Shown in pieces: positions 61,501 to 64,000 of a DNA stretch of 64,000 nt. Source of the DNA: Podospora anserina (lineage: Eukaryota); assembly GCA_017654855.1 (NCBI GenBank), contig CM030334.1, positions 1,984,001-2,048,000 of the forward strand. Direction: 5' to 3'. The notes beneath the pieces were generated by a model that was not told the DNA's origin, did no database searches, and worked only from the letters and a program-made list of their open reading frames with translations. The first letter of the stretch is position 1. Each line of letters begins with the position of its first letter. A program made the translations under genes and the position numbers.

Positions 61501-61648
61501 GGGGAGGGCGCCGAATGGGAGTCATGGGTATCCGGGAGCTGGAGGTGCTGGACCGGGGAGGCAAGGGTTGAGACAGGGGGTTCCAGTTGTGCCTGCTAAT
61601 GGACGGTCTGGGGTGGGAGAGGAGAGGGAGAAGTGTGTGGTGATGTAG
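58574..61648 (+). CDS. MINDY-family deubiquitinase (MIY1/MINDY1-2-like)
   Basis: Catalytic QNANGPCPLVAL and FRNDHFATL, LVTDAGY, VVWESL, MIU DRDFAMALQLQEEE, PPSY, C-terminal CAAX CVVM. Confidence 0.95.
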   Translation: MVSRKPLPPNATFDPAVPSHARSPEPKPEAQQEFVLPPFESTGGFWDDTSNNINQNQNTDAAQDMSNSHQPGQAAGNYAGLEEENVWANNNSSSNLDRVLTVLRPGSSHRMDNTGSLGKVAERTDAGLDVTRVPTILRPAGGPSSRETNPFKRKMHNQDGSANPASTSSTTPLPESLTGAFSDLAVGDTTKNPWQPALSDNSALGQRPSYQLPEPSPGMEDGWKGSEPPRPSTSTPPRLLSLPSEEGSAGWENERDKPPNIQLGFTAEEDEVLGDSHAWDDLSTVNKGNGTAAVPAVPDKGGSDDEWNLIDVDPPRSSQPNVQQSPSNSKPSPPRRRDTWEDFDEEKDTPQPSTSQQVAAPLTKDQPPPQGKAPELPARTELPPRTELPRRTSSEQPPPQPPRPVDKNETYHIKNINWFDITAAKNPRSTPILVQNANGPCPLVALVNALTLTTPADKNTALVDTLKTREQVSLGLLLDAVFDELMSERRLDPNVPLPDITQLYSFLQGLHTGMNVNPRFIPTESILQSFKRTSLTHIHPSQRGEMSIPGTFEHTKEMTLYSTFSIPLIHGWLPRPDDIVYQSFARQAASYEDVQNLLFREEELDDKLSSSHHHEGLTEEEQQLYQDILSIKSFLHSSATQLTNFGLEVIKKSMKPGSVAILFRNDHFATLYRHPQTLELLTLVTDAGYAGHAEVVWESLVDTTGEKAEFFSGDFRVVGGASHTSSTPAARTQGSGSWADVASSSGNRRSREQGRGGRSSSSEAPTSPTTEQEDRDFAMALQLQEEEDNRHRQEEDRRRREARLSEQYIEQQGRAAQAHNSRGGAGSGRGGSHAASRSTGSLGSSGTANTGRRAPSGIRVTSSTPTVASSNNSATPNRPRPSTQTVRSLIPPVQPAAAANRDPEAGLDDAPPSYEQASQQAAYEPPTGHPAHPASSPTAATSQPASTLGATQRPSTGASQPSPRVHNAPRTGGSAGGRAPNGSHGYPGAGGAGPGRQGLRQGVPVVPANGRSGVGEEREKCVVM

Positions 61649-62618
61649 AGTGTTTTGTTTCAAGAAGCTGCTTTTCGGCTTTGCTGATGGGCGTGGTATA
61701 TCGGCTGGGATTTTTGGGATGGGTTCAGATTCATGAGTTGATAAGTTTTGGCGATGGGTATGGTTATAGGGAGATGAGAGTGGTGATCACAGTACACGAG
61801 AAAATACCGAGCTTCATGTGGTGGAGGGTAGATTATTGGGGTAATGGAAGGAGTGGACTCGAGGAAGGGACCTTACTATAGTGTATATGACGATGTGGCG
61901 CTTTGGATTTTTAGTGGCTCATGTGGTGAAGAGTGTTTGTCTGGAATTATTAGATGCTGTTTGGTGTTGTCCAATTGTGATGTTTGGAGGTTTGAGGCTG
62001 ATGAGTGGACACATTAGTTTTGCGTTTTGTGAGTGTTGGTTAAGATTGTTGAGAAAGAACTGCTGGAGAGTAGCAGATGAGTAGACAAATCCATCATTTA
62101 CGACATTTTCATGTAAATGGCCACAACAACCAAGTCACACAGAGTGCCTGCATGGTTCCGTATGACAAAAATCATCGTGATCTGATGTTGGTGTTGAGAT
62201 GGGATTATTGCCCGCTGGCCAATCAGAGCAGCGGAACCAGATGCTTGCACCCCTGCAGATTCTAGTTGCCGTGGCTGTTGTTGGTGATCAATATTAGGGG
62301 AGGTTTCGCTGACATCATTGGTCGAGACAGGCGTCTGGTAGCGAGATGCAACTGCCTTTGGGAGCTGCCAAAGAGGGGAACTTGAGTTTAATAGATGGTT
62401 GCTGTGCCTCTTCTTTTCCGATCCTCCCTCTGATCTTTTTTTTTTTGCTTGATTTAAAGAGGTGCGAAGTGTGGCACAGTAGGAGAGTTACATTGCGGGG
62501 AGCTGTCAGCAAAGAAACACCACACCACCGCCCGTGATATCTTCACCTCACCTTGAGTTCTCACCATTCGACAACACTTTATACGAAACAAACCAGGAAG
62601 GAATACAAACCCATCAAA

Positions 62619-63560
62619 ATGGCCACCTCAACATTGGGTCTCATACCAAACTGGTACCCCCCCACCCGCGAAAACTACGACCTCATCCTCTCCTTGTGGA
62701 AGTGGTTCCCTGCCGTACGTTTCCCCCCTCCCTCCCCTCTCCAATCTGCCCCCAACTAACACTTCCAGTTCGCCTCCCTCCAATGGGCAACAACCTGGTA
62801 CGGCATGGGCAAAACCTCCCTCCCCTCCCCGCTCAACCTGCCCGGCCGTCTAGCCTGGCTAACAATGGAATCCCCCGGCTTCCTCACCCTCCTCTACACC
62901 TTCTTTCGTCTCCCCCCGCAACTTTCCGTCACCGACCTCCCCTGGCAAAACTCCGTCCTCGCCGGCCTCTTCGTAATCCACTACTCCTACCGCGCCATCC
63001 TCTTCCCCCTCCTCCAACCATCCATGGCACCAATGCACCTCTCCATCTGGGCCTCGGCCTTCTCCTTCCAAGTCATCAACGGGCTCATGCTCGGGTCCTG
63101 GCTAGGCGGGTACGGACCAACCTCCCAAGAAGACTGGGATAACCTCTTGCCGTTTGGAACACTGCAGTTCAGCGTTGGCATCGCGATTTTTTACGTGGGG
63201 CTGGCGGCGAATTACTATCATGATGATGAGCTGAGGGAGATAAGGAGGAGGGAGAACCATCGCCAGGATAGGCTGGTTAAAGAAGGCAGGGTGAAGAGGG
63301 GGGATGTGAGCAGGCATTATGAGGTTCCCAAGGCGGGCTTGTTCAAGTACATGTTGTATCCGCATTACTTTGTCGAGTGGGTCGAGTGGTTTGGGTATTG
63401 GACTGCGGCGGGGTACGGGTGTGTGCCGGCGAGGTGCTTCTTGTTCAATGAGGTTGCGTCGATGTTGCCCAGAGCGGTGAGGGGGAAGGCCTGGTATGTT
63501 GAAAAATTCGGGGAGGAGAAGGTGGGGAAGAAGTGGGCGGTTATTCCGGGGGTTTGGTAG
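62619..63560 (+). CDS. 3-oxo-5-alpha-steroid 4-dehydrogenase (steroid 5-alpha-reductase/DET2-like)
   Basis: Exon 62619-62714, intron 62715-62768; YGMGKT, AWLTMESP, HYSYRA, ANYYHDDEL, YEVPKAGLFKYMLYPHYFVEWVEW. Confidence 0.93.
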
Positions 63561-64000
63561 GATCAGGAAGGGAAAGGGGGAGAGGAGGTAAGATAGGGCG
63601 TGAGGGAGGGGGTAGTGGCCAGAGAAAGGAGGATAATGGTTTGGTCGACGAGCTGGAGCTGAGCTTGGTCCAGAGAATAAGCACACGATGACTTTCACGA
63701 GATATGCCATGACATATATTGCCAGGTCAGTGACAACGACGACGTGAATAACCATATCTTGTCACCTATCAGAGTGCCTCCCCGACCATCAAGCAAATAT
63801 ATCCTGCTAGCAATGCTCCAAAACACCCCTTTTTAGACTCCTTTAAATACCCGTAGCCTCCCGATAGAAACTCAAACTCCGACTAGCACCCGCCGCGCAA
63901 AACCTCTCTCCTTTACCCATCCCAGGCCCAAGCGCACGTTCGGTCGGTGGCAACCAGCGTACACACCACAAAGCCTTGTCCGTCTCGCTGTGCGTAGCCA

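Noticed and set aside
297..61648. Three PPxY-bearing proteins plus a permease as an Rsp5 gene cluster
   Set aside because: PPxY is common and the genes are tens of kb apart; likely coincidence.

Overview
Genomic DNA from a filamentous ascomycete with spliceosomal introns. It is most likely Podospora anserina species complex, because the window holds a 6,936-bp Ty3/gypsy chromovirus with 354-bp LTRs, matching my recollection of the published Yeti/repa dimensions (not verified by alignment). Left end: a small Cys-repeat protein, then an MFS monocarboxylate-type transporter divergent from a Zn2Cys6 transcription factor. The factor carries a frameshift and is split by the retrotransposon. The element has a 5-bp TSD (AGGTC), identical LTRs, intact gag, a -1 slippery site, a RIP-damaged pol and a Tf1-type self-priming PBS. 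The middle is a fast-evolving tract: five tRNA genes, four HET-domain loci (two intact, two decayed), other pseudogenes, a class I hydrophobin, a small secreted six-Cys peptide, an APH-like kinase, a GH5 hydrolase and a Cys-rich membrane protein. Right part: amino-acid permease, NTF2-like protein, MINDY deubiquitinase and steroid 5-alpha-reductase. No CRISPR array or rRNA was seen. All calls were read by eye; no database searches were run.
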